Shown here: positions 37,956 through 51,600 of the stretch, in pieces
How the letters are laid out: each line of letters starts with the position of its first letter
Position numbering within the stretch: position 1 is the stretch's first letter
Assembly: GCA_016748015.1 (NCBI GenBank)
Contig: JAAOMT010000571.1
Location: 155,256 to 219,255, forward strand
DNA: 64,000 nucleotides
From: Geosiphon pyriformis uo1
Lineage: Eukaryota > Fungi > Glomeromycota
Reading direction: 5' to 3'
Program-made: the position numbers and the translations under genes
The notes under the pieces: generated by a model
The model's database searches: none
What the model saw: only the letters and a program-made list of their open reading frames with translations
Told to the model about the DNA's origin: nothing

Positions 37956-38573
37956 TCAATTTTAAGTGTAATCTATAGAAAAAGCAAATTTATTATTATT
38001 ATTATTATATTATCTCAAGGAAACATTAAAATTTTTATTTTCCAATTATATTTTATTATGTGTTAAATTTGATTAATTTATATTCATTTCATGATATAAA
38101 TTAAATTTTGGCAAAAGAAATTCAAATATAATTATTATAAGCAGATCAAATATTGTAAATACGCATTAACTTTATATATAACAGTATCTTTGATATCTTA
38201 TCAATTTTTCTAATAAGATTCATATTTCATTCTTTGTAATGTTAAGCAAAAACCTTTCACATTTTTCTGATGGTAATTTTACTGGAACAAGAAAAGTATT
38301 TGTAGCATTTAGAGGGAACTTACCGTAATAATCCAAAAATGACATGAAAATGAATTATTAAAAGATAAATTATTTTATACAAAATAGCCTCGGTCAATAG
38401 AAACATCGTTTTTCTTGAGATTTTTAATACAATTTATTAAAAACTGTTAAATATTATGAAATTGTTTCTTAAACCCATAAGGATGTAATCTTAATGGAAA
38501 TTTTTAACCAAATCATCATCTCAGCAACGCTTTCCCCATATCACTTTCCTCAATCTTCTCTTATTTTTTTTCA

Positions 38574-39407
38574 TTATCTTAATAAACCACGAGTCTTTCT
38601 CACAGAAATCCCATAAGCAATACAATTCATCAAAGCAATCAATGAATTCCTAAGAGCACGTTCCTTTAAAAAAGTCCAGTTCCATCTTCCGCTCCCTCTC
38701 CCTCTCCAATAATTTTTCATATCTAGCCATGCGGCCATACCATTGGCTACAGCAAGCACCAAAAATGCCAATTTCTCTGTACTCATTGATGAATCTTTGC
38801 GTCCGATCAATGTCAATATCGAGAAAGTGGCCAATGAAGAATGTATTCCACCTAAGTAGCGTAATAAATCAATTGCAATCTGTGGCAGGGGATTATCTTT
38901 TATAGAATTCAAAGCGCCGATGTTTGTATATCGGATGAGTAAAGGAGCACCAGGAGCGAATAAATAAGATCGAGTGATAATTGAATGGTGCAAGAAATTT
39001 AGTAAGAGGGGAAGATTATTTGATCGAAAGAGAAGACTAAATAGGAATAAAAGAAAGGAAGCGGTATGGCCAAGTAATAGGCGTATAGTTGAGGGAGAGA
39101 ATGAACGACGGCGTATATGACGAAGCTCTCTTCGTCGTTGACGTTGGGGTTGGTTTTGTGGAGTGTAAGCAGAGGGTGGACGTGAAAAAGATTGAAAAGA
39201 ATTTTTTGAAGTCGTTTCTTGAGGTTGTTGCTGCTTAACATTTTGTTCTTGATCTGAAGAGTATTGTGAACTGCTAAAATATTCAATGTTCTTGTCTTTG
39301 CCATCACCATATCCATTGGTATAGAGGTTTCCACTCCCATTTATATGGTCAACTTCAGGTAAAATACCAGTCGAATCTCTCCACTCGGAAAAATCTGGGA
39401 ATGACAT
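38574..39407 (-). CDS. Hypothetical 277-aa protein: disordered N-terminus and several hydrophobic segments
   Basis: Uninterrupted ORF with host-gene-like GC and CpG content inside AT-rich flanks. Confidence 0.7.
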   Translation of the reverse strand: MSFPDFSEWRDSTGILPEVDHINGSGNLYTNGYGDGKDKNIEYFSSSQYSSDQEQNVKQQQPQETTSKNSFQSFSRPPSAYTPQNQPQRQRRRELRHIRRRSFSPSTIRLLLGHTASFLLFLFSLLFRSNNLPLLLNFLHHSIITRSYLFAPGAPLLIRYTNIGALNSIKDNPLPQIAIDLLRYLGGIHSSLATFSILTLIGRKDSSMSTEKLAFLVLAVANGMAAWLDMKNYWRGRGSGRWNWTFLKERALRNSLIALMNCIAYGISVRKTRGLLR

Positions 39408-39897
39408 GAATAATTAAGAAACACCCACTGAGTTATAAAAGAAAGAAAGCAAAAGTGATAAATAGAGCCAGAATCAAAAAAAGGTTTGTGTATTCTTTAA
39501 TACTATTGATTTAATTTTTACGCGTGAATTTAAGACTAGATGCACTTGGAAAAATCGGGTATGGTTTTTTTTTGAAGCAAAAGAATTAATCTACAAGCTT
39601 AAATAAAATTATGAATAGTTATTATAAAACAGTTAATTGCTAATTTAAATTGATAATTTTAAAAAAAATATATATACATATATATTTTAAAGTGCCAATA
39701 CTATTTTATACAACTTAATTATTATATATTAAATATAGATTATACAACAACAGTTTAAATAATTCCATTCTTAATAATTTTACTTTAATAATTTTAAATT
39801 ACTAAATACTTTTTTGTTTACAATAAAATTGGTCTTATTATTTATTTTTTTATTATTTAAAACATCTGTATTATATTAACAATTAAATTAATAATAC

Positions 39898-40462
39898 TGT
39901 TATGGTTGAAAACCATAGTTTTTATTAGTTACCACATATATTAGCCACTGATGTCACATAATTAGCCACTCTATTTTTAGATAGTAATCAATAATTTGAT
40001 TAATAATTTGATTATTAATCTGATTAATAACTTAATTGTTGATTATTTTTAATAGCTATATAAGTGATAAGTCTCTTAACTATAAAAAAACATAATCAAA
40101 ATAAAATAAAATCCATTATTAATTACTTTTTTTTATATTGCTTATTTTTTTTTTTCTATTATTAAGTATTTAAATATTTTAGAATAAAAGAGTACTTGTT
40201 GGTATTTATATACTTTATCTTTTTTTTTCTTGATTTGTATTTGTTAAAATTAGTCTGAAAAGTAATTACTTGCTTTTGTAATTCCTTAAATAAAAAAATA
40301 ATTAAAAAACACAATAATATCTGTTATTAATTTTAAGAATTACCAAATTAAAACATAGAATAATAGCAGTAGTATTATCTTGTTAACAATTATGAACTAT
40401 TTTTTTACTTTTAAATTCCTAGAAAAAATTTGCAATTGTGATTTTTATAAAACTGATCATAT
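39898..40462 (+). repeat. Possible highly decayed LTR remnant
   Basis: Starts TGTTATGG, then short tandem repeats, CTATATAAG-like TATA element and T-rich tract as in the other LTRs; no partner in the window. Confidence 0.3.
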
Positions 40463-41252
40463 TATTATAGATAATTATTTGGAGTCTCAAATTAAATAAC
40501 AAATTCATAACTTGGTGCTCAATTAATATATTGATGTTGGCAATTTCTGAAGATGTAGTTTCTGAAAGTTTTGGTTAAGTTCTTTGTATAATAGACAGAA
40601 ATTCAATTAATAGTTTTATTTGTAGCTTCCCGAAACTGCAGTTTCATTAATTTCTTTTTTAGTGTAATGGCTGGTAATTTTTCTGGTAAAATATCCTCAA
40701 TTCCAAATGTCTATCCTTATTTTTGGATCTTTTACCAGTGCTATATTCTAATGTCAATACTTCCACATGTAATTCTTTTTAATCAAGTTAACAAAACAAC
40801 AAAGAAAATAAAACAAGAAAAGAAAAGAAAAAATAAACCAAAGTGATTTGCATATTAGTATCCTATCAATAACCATAATCAAGAGCTATTGTTCTAGTGT
40901 GGTTAAGTATTAACAACTATTAACATAAAGTGTTAATAGTGGAGAGTGAATTGTAATAGTAAATAATTATTTATTGATATTTGTGATATAAAAGGTTGCT
41001 TAGATTAAAACTAAACTAAGAGGTTTGTTTTTTCTTTTTTTAATGCTATCACTATATATACATAATTGATGTTCTACAAGATTATTCACATTTCCAAGTG
41101 ATGTGCTATGATTTTTTGAGTAATGCTCACATTGTTGAGCAATATGTTCTAATTTTTTAATATTGCTTCATATTGCTGAGCAATATGCTCACATGCTAAC
41201 TACTACTTTTCTATTAGTCTACTATTTTCTATATCTGTTTTTATGAGTAATA
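40463..41252 (-). repeat. 3' LTR of Gypsy element D
   Basis: Homologous to the A LTR (TATTATAGATAATTATT vs TGTTACAGGTGATTATT; ends GAGTAATA); followed by PPT and the ORF3 end NFDGAQY*. Confidence 0.85.
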
Positions 41253-43057
41253 TTATCTCTTTTTTTTAATATTGAGCTCCATCAAAATTCTTATTTTAAA
41301 TTATGTTAAATACTTCTTTTTCCAGTAGTGTCTATTTTACTCTACTTTTTATTTCTTTAATTTGTGAATTGTTTATTCTTTTTTATTGGTTGATAATTAT
41401 TGTTTCCATATCAGAGTGTAACAACACTTCTAAGTAGTTTTGAAATATAGTATATAGTTAATAAATAGTCCTAATGTGTAGTATCAAGTTCATTTTCTTT
41501 CCAATAATGGCTTCAATGTTCCAGACTATCTCTTGATTGAAAATTCTTTTGGATTTGTCAAGATATAACTTCTAAATATCTACTTTTTGTTCCAATTGAT
41601 AGTAGCAATATGACATTAGAAGTTGGTCTATTCATTGGTTCTAATTTTTTTTTGTCAGTTTTTCTGTTGGAACAATGATAGTTATCTTTCCAAAAGTGTT
41701 TTTTACTTTCTCTACTATTTTATCTAACCAGTTTATTAATTGTTTCTGTGGTTGCTAGTGTTACTGGAGGTTTTTGGTCTCTTTTCTTGAATGTTGTTAA
41801 TGTTGATTTGCTGTGAATTCACATTCTCAGAAAGTAGTTGGACCTCCAGTAACTGAATTTATCTTTAAATTATCTCTTATAATTTGAACTGCTGGACTTA
41901 TAAGTGAAATGGCCAATTCCTTGCCAATTATTTTATGTAGTTATATTGTAGTAAATGTTAACTCTTTCTCAGAAATTGCTCATTTGAAAGCTTATTAAAT
42001 GTGTAATTACTTTGCTGTGAAAGTTAATTCTTCTACAGGAATCTCATCTGTAGGCTACCCTAATAATTATGATAAGAAAAAAAAGGAAAAATATAAAAAA
42101 TATAAAAAAAATAGAATTCTGTCAAGGGAAACGTTTTCTATCCAGGCCTGGAGTTACTAACAAATTATTGAAATTAGTAGCTAATTAATTTTAAAACATT
42201 AGTTTGTGTTGAAAGAATTTCAAGTGTAATAATCAGAGGATTTGGTTTTCAAATATTTAATTTTTATTTGAATGTGTAAAAGATGATTTGTTCTAATTAA
42301 GATATCTAAAGTAAGATACTATGTTAAGATACTATGAGAAGATACATTTTCTTAAAGAGAGAAGCTTTTCTTTTATACAACTTGCTGTAGTACTAGTTTT
42401 TGAACTTGCACTTTTCTCTTTGCTACAATTTGGGTGAATTAAAAATACATTTTGGCAAACTACAAGTTATTTTACTAAACTATTGATTATTTCGGCCAAT
42501 TTTTATTAATTTTGGCAAATTTTGACTATGTTAAATGGTTCAGGATATTGTGTAATTTGATCATTTTAATTTCTAAAGTACAAATCAGATTATTGATTAA
42601 GTAATAATATTTGATAATTTAATTAAATAATAAGTAATAATCGAAATAAATAATAATGTATGCTAATTAATAGTAGAAATTATGAGAGTAATTTCATGCT
42701 AATTAATAGCTAAATTCTATTGGTAACACTGATATGGTGTACTTTTCTCTTTTTGTTTGGTGTTTTGATAACAAATTGTTTGGTTATTGATAATAATTTC
42801 CATGTTTACTTGCTATTAACTTAAAGCCTGAAACAATTGTTAAGCTAAAGTGTGAGTATAGTCTGGTATTTTCATTTTTTTTTGTTGCTTTTGTTGCATA
42901 TATTGTGTCTTTATATACTTTTTTGGTTGTTTAATTTGACATGTTTGGTTCAATGATTATGATTGGTTTCAGATTTTGTGGAATCTCATTTGGTTGGACT
43001 AGTATTCTCTGTACTCCTAATTGTGGAATATTACTGGTAGATAATGACACTATATGG
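41253..43057 (-). mobile_element. Element D internal 3' region (PPT, ORF3 split by solo LTR F, integrase C-terminus)
   Basis: 42900-43057 aligns with A ~1130-1280; the sequence continues at 63480 after the B insertion. Confidence 0.8.
41759..42728 (-). repeat. Solo LTR F (970 bp) inserted in ORF3 of D
   Basis: TGTTAC...GTAACA termini; flanks CTAG/CTGA (likely ancestral CTGG TSD); D ORF3 resumes across it; orientation inferred from U3-like repeats. Confidence 0.75.
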
Positions 43058-43647
43058 TGTTATTCATAGAATATAGGAAATATAGTATTATTAGTCAGTA
43101 GATATTAGCCAATCAGAGGTAGACGTAGTAAATGTGGAATTCCAGAATTCCTCTTAAAGGAATTGCAGGATTCCAGAAATTTCAGGATTCCCTGATGAGG
43201 AATTGCAGGATTCCAGAATTCCAGGATTCCTCTCATCAGAAATTACAGGATTCCAGGAATCCCAGAATTCCTGTCACAAAGAATTGAGGAATTGAGGAAT
43301 CTCAATTATGTATATATAGCAGTAAGATTAGAAGCTAAAAAGACAGACCTCTTAGTTTAAATTTAATTTAAGAAACATTTCAGTTCCCAATCATCAAATA
43401 AATAATTATTCCATATCTCAACCCACTCTCTATTATCAACACTTCATGTTGATAGTAATTGATACTTAATCATGCTGGAACAATAGCTTTTGATTATGGC
43501 TATTGACGAGATACTAACATACTATATTGCCTTGGCTTATTTTCTCTATTTTCTTTATTTTTATTTTCTTTATTTTATTTTATTTTTTTTTTGATTTTGT
43601 TGTTGTATACTAATTGATTAAAAGATTAAGTACTGAGTTATTGACAT

Positions 43648-44048
43648 TGTTATAGGTAAACTTGGTGGATATGGGAAATGGTAACGTTTGATGCTCTTAA
43701 TTATTGATGATGTGTCTTTCGTGTAATTCTGTTGGCTTAATCTTGATTATCAGTCTCTAAAGGTCTATTCCTGGATGTGAATTTTACCCATTGAGTTTTT
43801 TGGTTATAAGGCACAGAGTTTGTCTTTTGTTGATTACAACGTTTTTCGTAAATGTGAGCTTTCTTCTCTGAGCTAATGAGCACAGTCATTAGAGTCTGGC
43901 ATTGTCTTTTTGCCCTTCTGGTAAGCTAACAAGATAATGTTAATATCCAAAACTTAGGGGGAGCTTCCTTCTTTTACCAGGCTATCACAAAGTCTATTCC
44001 CAGACAGTCGATTTTACTATGTTGTCGTTCCACAAAAAAATAAAAAAG

Positions 44049-44099
<51 letters not shown>

Positions 44100-44825
44100 N
44101 NNNNNNNNNNNNNNNNNNNAAAAATTAAGACAGAAAAAGAAAGAAAAAAAAAAAGAAAAAAAAAAAAAAGAGAGAAAAGATAAATTAGTATTGTCAATCA
44201 CCATGATCAAGAGCAATTGGTCTAAATCGTTAATAGGTTTGAGGCAGTTATGCTAAGAGCATCTGTTCTAGAATGGAGGTACAAGACAAGGGTTAATTTA
44301 TGTAAATTCCATGAAGTTCAAGAACATGAATTCGCGATTCTGATTTTTTTTAATAATTGGTTTATTTCAGGAGATGAAATAGGGAAGATAATAAAGGATG
44401 AAAGGGTATGGATATTTTAATTTCTGGTCTAGAGGTTCATATCTATTTTTTCTTTTCTGTCTTTTTTCACTTCTACAACTACTTGCTTTTATACATTCTT
44501 TTGGTTTTACAGGATTGCTTTCAATTGTCTTGTTATTGCTAGCTATTGCTTTGTTGTTTCTGTTATTGCTTTGTTTTTCTATGTTATTGCTAGTTATTCT
44601 ATGTTATAACATGTTATCTGACATTATTACATGTTATTCTGTGTTATTCTGCATTATAACACATTATCCTACGTTATTGCACACTATTCTGTGTTATCCT
44701 GCATTATAACACGTTATCCAATATTATAACGCATTATTCAACATTATTGTGCGTTATTCTGTGTTATGTCACGTTTTGGTCATGTTTCTTCATAACTTTG
44801 GATTGGTTTTTCTATTCGGGTAACA
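43648..44825 (-). repeat. 3' LTR of C (contains an assembly gap of 20 N at 44100-44119)
   Basis: Direct repeat of 52885-53977. Confidence 0.93.
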
Positions 44826-44839
44826 TTATCCCTCTCTTT

Positions 44840-45574
44840 TTAAAATTGAGCTCCTACAAAACCATATGTATTTGTTATCATGGCTTCATTCGTGTAATGT
44901 TTGATTGTTGCCTCGAGTATTGCCTTTTGTAGGTCTTCAAACTGTTGATTGGTTATTTGTTCTATGCTGTTAACCATTATGGTTTTTATAGATCCATTCA
45001 GTAGTACATTTGGGCAATGTTGGAAGGTGGCATATAGTTGGTATGCTGCTTTGTAATGTAGGGTTAAGTTGTTTTTCCCTATGAATTTTTCTACTTGTTG
45101 TATTGCTTCTTTGTTGAACGTTTTTTGGCTGAAGTCTTCATATGGTATTTTCAAATCAAGCTGTTTTCCAATTTTGTAGAACCAATAAGCTGGAGGAAGT
45201 TTTTTTTTCCATTCCTGGGCGTTGTCAGGTGTCCACTCCCCTGTTTTGAGGAGTTTGGTCTCATAAGTTAAAGCTTCTTTTATTTCTTCGAACTTGGGGA
45301 CCAAGTATCTTCTTTTGTAACCTTTTTCTCATTCTTTGCCTCTTTCTTTTCCACCCTCCACTCAAAGACAATTTTTCCTCCCACATTGCCTTTCGAGTGG
45401 TGAGTAGGGGAGGGAACGTTTAATTCTAATTGAACTTTCATCCTCCCCTCTCCTGTTCTTATTTTTGTATCGTATCTCTTTTTTATCAATTGTTATTTTT
45501 ATTTGAGATGTTGATTTTTGAATTGTTTCAAATAATTGTTTAGATAATTTTAAAATTTGATCTGAAAGGTCCAT
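44840..45574 (-). pseudogene. ORF3 of C, ~244 aa (2 internal stops)
   Basis: MDLSDQILKLSKQLF...EKFIGKNNL...YGFVGAQF*; homologous to ORF3 of A and B. Confidence 0.8.
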
Positions 45575-45654
45575 GTTGAAATTTCTATTGTTTCTTGCTG
45601 TTTTTCGGATGCTATATATATTTGAATTTCTCAATTTAATTTGCTGCCCATTGT

Positions 45655-48600
45655 TTACGTTTCAATGACAATAATTGGTTTCAGATCTCGTGGTATATCT
45701 TCTGGTCTAATTAATGAAATTTGTGTTCCTAGTTGAGGTACTGATGACAATGATTCCTGTTTTACATGATAAATTTTTAACCGATTTCCATATGCTACTT
45801 TCTTTAAAATCCTGTCTTCCAATCGTAATTTGTAAGCTCCATTTCTTAACACTTTGTGTATGTGGAATGGACCATCCCACTTTGGGTCAAACTTTCCACT
45901 CCACTGTTTCTCAGCTTTTGTACGATGTAACAGTACTTGGTTTCCAATTTTGAATTCCATTAGTTGTTCTAATAGGTGTTTATCATGTCTTTCTTTTTGT
46001 TATTCTTAAGCATAACTAATATTGCCAGCTGCTGTTCTTTGATTGTTTTCCAATGTTTCTATTAGCTGGTACGTTCTTTGGTGTAAGGTAGTCTCAAAAT
46101 TCTCTTCATTAATTGTTTCTGTTGGGTATGATGATATTACTCATTCAATTGGTAACATAGCTTTTCTTCCATAGACTAGTTCGAACAGTGTGAACTAAGT
46201 TGTATTTTGTTTCAATATTCGGTATGCAAAGAGTACAGAAGGTATGAATAAGTCCTATTCTTATCTGTTTTCATGACTTATTTTTGCTAATGCTTTGCAC
46301 AGTGTTCTGTTAAATTGTTCTACCAGTCCGTTCATTTGTGGATGGTATAGTGATGATAAGGATCTTTTTATTCCAAACCATTGGCTTAGTTCAGTCAGCA
46401 TATTATTAATGAAGTGTGTTCTCTGATCAGATAATAATTCTTTCGGACATTCATGTCAGCAAATTAGGTCTTGATGCACAAATTCAGTGACTGTTTTGGC
46501 ATTGGCCACTTGGATTGTTCTGGCTTCTGGCTATTTTGTAAGATAGTCTATGGCTACAGCAATATAGCGATTTCCTTGGGATGTAATTGAAAGAGGTCCA
46601 ACCAAATTGATCCTAATTCTATCAAATAGATTTCCAACTGGAATGGGTCGAAGTGGTTCTATTGATTTTGCTCCTCCTTTTCGCTGGCATGTGTCACAAT
46701 TGAGCATGTATTTGAAAATGTCTTTGTGCATCATTGGCCAATAGTATAAGTTTAGTGTTCTTTCGAGGGTAGCATCTTTGTTAAAGTGTCCTACAGTCGG
46801 ATCTGAGTGTACACTATATAGTATAGTTTCTCTTTCACTGTCCATGATTAGTCGTTATGAGTTGGGGTGGTTTTAGCATTCTTGTCAATATAGTTGGTTG
46901 TCTTGAATAAAATAATTTCGGGCTTGTTTTCGTATGGTACTCTGTTCCTGTTGAGATAATATCTCCTTGAAACGTAGTGTTGATAGGTACTAATGTAGTC
47001 GTTAATAAGTGAGTGTGTCCATGGATCTGGAATTAGGCTTGTGGCATTTTCGACAAACTGTTAGCATTAGTGTTCTTGGATCTTTCTTTGTAATGGACTT
47101 TGAGTGGAAATTGTTGCAGATAAGTACTCTATCTCACATATTTTTCTTCTAGTTGTGGATTGTTGAGTAACCAAATAAGTTCTTTGTGATTAGTATATAG
47201 GTCAAATAGTTGACTAAGGTAATGTTTCCAAGTCTGTATGGCCCAATAAATGGTGAGACATTCCAAATCTGTTGTGTTGTAATTCTTTTCTGCTGGGCTA
47301 GTGCTGTGACTAGTGTAGGCAACTGGATGTTCTCTATTGTCTGGTCCTATCTGTAATAAGACTGCTCCTAGAGCATTTTTCGAGGCATTTGTAGTGACAA
47401 TGAACCGTTTAGTGAAATCTAGGTAAATCAGGATTGGGGATGTGATCAATTACTGCTTGAGATAGTCAAATGCTCTCTGTTGATCTTCCTTCTACAAGTA
47501 CGGTACGTATTTGGACAACAATTGATGGAGTGGTTTTGCGATGTTTGAGAAATCTTTGACAAATCAACGATAATATTCTGCTAATCCTAGAAATCCTCGT
47601 AATTCTCTGAGTTGATTGGGACTGGAAAATCCTTAACTTTTTGTACTTTATCTGGATCAGGTTTAACTCTGTTCTTGCCGATTACATGTCTTAGGAATTT
47701 TAACTTGGTTTTTCCAAAAAAGCACTTCTCGGAATTGAGTTTTAATTCGGCATTACAAAGGCATTCAAAGACTTGTTGCAGGTGAAGCAAATGGTCTTCA
47801 AATGTTTTGGAGAACACGTTTGTGTTATCTAGGTAGACTACTACTGATTTCCAAAGGATTTCTTTGTATACTATATCCATTAGGCATTGAAATGTGGCAG
47901 AAGCATTACAAAGTCCAAAAGGCATTACATTAAACTCGAAGTTTCCATTTCGAGTGGTAAACGCTGTTTTTCCTTTGTCTTTGGGGTCCATTTCAACTTG
48001 TCAGTAATTACTTGCTAAATCTAATGACGAGAACCATTTCTTTTTTTCTAGATTGTCCAGAATTTCCTGGATGAGGGGAGTGGGATAACTATCTCCTCAC
48101 ATGACGCTATTTAGTTTTTGATAATCTACACAGAATTGCACTTTTCTGTTTTTCTTGGTGACCAAGACTACTGGCGAGGACCAAAGGCTTAATGATTCTT
48201 TGATTAGGCTATTATCAAGCATCTGTTGCACTTCTTGCTTAATTAGGTTATTATCAGATGGGAGTACGCAGTAAGCTCATTGCTTAATTGGTCGAGTGTC
48301 TCCTGTATCAATCTGATGCTTCATGATGTTGGTACATCCAAACTCATTTTTGCTGGCAAAGACATTGGCATACTGATTCAGAAGGACTTTGAGTTGCATT
48401 TGTTGCAGGGTACTTAAATTTCCTAAATTCAATTTATTGATTTCTTCTGGTGTGAACAAGTAACTTTCTTTTGGCAAATTCTATACTTGTAAGGTAATAT
48501 TACAGAATAAAAATAATTGTGCGAAATCTGGAATGGACTGGGGTTTTTCAGGATTCTGACTATCTGCGGATATGGAACCAATGAGAGTTCCTTCGGAAAT

Positions 48601-51600
48601 TTCAATGACATCTTCTGTCGAATTGTGGATGGGGATTTTGAAGTGTTTATGGGCTTTGGCCAGTAGGTATAGATTAGCAACATTGGCTAGGGAACAGATT
48701 TCGGGACTGGCTTTGAATAATAGGGCTTGATCTTGGATTTTTCAATTCACCTTGAGGATGTATTGTTGGTATGGGGAAATGAAGATGACAGTATCAGTGT
48801 GGATAAATTCTACCTGGTCACTGTCTTCCTTCGTGAAATTAACTGGTACGTTTCCTCTTCCACTTGATCCAAACCCGTTGATTCTTCGGGCAGTGAGGCC
48901 TAACTCTTCTCAGGTTGTTACTGGGGTTAATTGGGGTATTTTGATTAGGGGTAAGAAGATAGCTTGAGCAATCTTTTCTTGTGATTCTATTTTGTAGAGT
49001 CTGTTCGAATTGTTCTGTAGCATCACGATGATGTTTCCCGTATAACTGGTATCGATGATTTCTCTTTTTATGTTGATTCCTTTCTTGGCTAGACTAGATC
49101 AAAAGGCAACTTGTACCATTGTACTAATAGGAATTTCTAATGCTATCTTAAGATCTATTTTTACGAGAGAATATGGGACTATAATGATGGGTGATTGTCT
49201 GGGATATCATAGATCGAAACTGGCATCAGTGTTATGCACTCTTTTGGGGCAGATTCTTTTCTTGTTGTCACTGTACTATTTTAGCTCTAGTTCTTTAGAT
49301 AGGTCGGGATATGCGAGATACTGTTCTGTTTCAATATCCTCAGTTGGATCTTGAAATGACATGTTTTCAGTGATCAATATCTCTTCTTTGGGTTCAGGTA
49401 GTTCGGTGATTGGAAACAGTATTCTTGGAGGCAAATTGAACATGAAATCACATTTATCACAGTACTGAAAGTGACAGGGGATCAAACAGTGATCGCATAG
49501 TTTGGTATTCAAATCGGCCAACCTTTGCTTCTGTTTCTCGTGAGTTGGGGCCAATTCCTGATATCAATTCTGAAATGTGTCTAGGTCATCTGTGAAGAAA
49601 TCATCCTTGGGGTAGTTGGGTCCAGTATATTCAGGTGTCTAAGAGTTGTTCTTAATTTCTCATATTTCTTCGGGTGTGGTGCCTTTGGCCTTGGTGCTTG
49701 CCATTCTCCAGATTTTGTGGTCATTGTGTGGATAACCGTTTAGCCTGTTGAGTGCTTGTTTCCAAGCATCCTCAATGGGGGTTCCCTTTTGTACCCAATT
49801 GTTGATTAATATGGTGTATTGACAAGCCTCGTCACATGTTCCTCCTCTGCCAGGCATATCATTCCAGAGTCCTTTATCTGGTAAGATTTTACCACATGTA
49901 AAGACACGGCATGTGGTCCCACTTGCCTTGTCATTTTGGTCATCCAAATCTTTCCAGTAAACAAGCCCTGTAATAGTATTTGGTGGTGGTGGACCATTCT
50001 TCATTGTCTCCAATATATGTGCCCATAGTGGATAGTTTTTTTCTACAATCGACACATATTAGTCTTGGGAGTTGGTAAAATAAGTTTTTTTGGTTCGAGG
50101 TTACGTATCCTAGTGATGACAATTGGGGTTCTTCTTCGGCTCTGCCTTTTCTTTTTTCTTCCCAGGTTGGTGGTGGGGGTAGTTCAGTTTGATAATCATC
50201 CACCCATGAAACCTGATAGGTCTCAATGGTTGGTGGCATTGATGTGTCTTCAAATTCAATAAGGGGTTCCTCAGTACGTTGGTTTTTAAAGTGTCCGCAT
50301 GTAGCTGGAACTTGGGCATGCTGTCTGTTGAATGTGAGTTGAAGTTTTTGGGTGTTCCAGTCAAAAGTAGTGTTGGCTTTTGACAACCAGTCATTTTCTA
50401 CTAGAGCTTGATATTGAGTAGCTTTTATGATAAGTACTTTGGTAGGAATTTGGATTCTATTAATCTCGAAGGGGAAGTTGTCAATTTCTCCTATTGGGGT
50501 TTTTGTGTTCCCATCCGCTGTAATGATCCGGGTGGTAGCAGCATGGTCTACTCGGCGACCTAGTTGGTCCATGAGCTGCTTTGTGATTATGCTACCAGCT
50601 GATTCACTATTCAAAATTAATTTAATGTCTATTTTTTTGACTCTGGTATCGGTGTATAGGGCCATTATTGGTTTATCCTAATTGATAGCTGCTCCACTAA
50701 AAAGGCTATGTGTGTTCAAATTGTCAATGTCAAAAGAAAATATGGTGGCTAGAGTGGTGTCTTCAGTAATAGTGGCTGGTGGAATATTGCTTTTTGTTTG
50801 CTTGGAAGGTTGGGAGATTCGTTCTATATCCCTCCCTTCCACAGGTGTAGATTTATCAAAACCCTGGTCTTCCATAAGACCAAGATAGAAAGCTTGATTC
50901 AGGTATCCAGTTGGTGTTGGTCGAGATTGGGCAGGACCGCGAGGGATTGGTCGAGACGGTCTACTGTTGGTTTGCACCTGATTGTTGTTGGGATTCCTCC
51001 ATCCCTAATTATAGTCTATAGCTCGAGGTCTGGACAGGCTGTAAGGAGAAGTTTGATAGTGAGAGATTGCTTGTGTCATTGGTGGTGGTTAATAATAATT
51101 CTGGGATGGTGGTTGAGTGTACAGGACTTGTTGTGCATATAGGGGTAGTTGATTTTGAGATATAGAATATTGAGGTACCATGTTTTGCTAATATCTGGGT
51201 TGCTGGTATGGGTTTCCTTGATTTTGGTCTATGATCTTTCTTCTGCAGTCATGGGTGATGTGTTCAGGTTTCTGGCAGTAGTAACAGTTGTGGGAATCGG
51301 ATCTCCAAGATTGTTGCTGTTGCTGACGGTTCTGTTGCTGTGAATATCTGCTGTTGTTGTTATTTTCTCTCCATTGGGGTGGTTGGTAAGTTCCTGTAGT
51401 TCCGGCTAAGAATCTCTCAATTTTTTGAGTTAGTTTTTCACTCAATTGGGTTATCTTTGCATTAATGTCAGAGATTCTATTAATGGCTAAATTAACGGCT
51501 TGGGTATGGTTTGCTTCTTGTTCTGCAGACTCAAAATTGCGAGTAAGAATGATGGCATTTTGTAAACTGGTTGGATGGCAGGGTCTTATGGATTTTAGAA

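Noticed and set aside
37857-38066. 69-aa poly-Ile ORF
   Set aside because: It is a translation of the (AAT)n microsatellite
43974-44216. Poly-Phe ORFs and a very long A-run
   Set aside because: They span a 20-N assembly gap in the LTR A-tract; the partner LTR (~53270-53330) has a much shorter tract
44398-44932. Hydrophobic ORFs in the C LTRs (also 53589-54174)
   Set aside because: They are artefacts of T-rich LTR repeats; the frames are not conserved between the two LTRs
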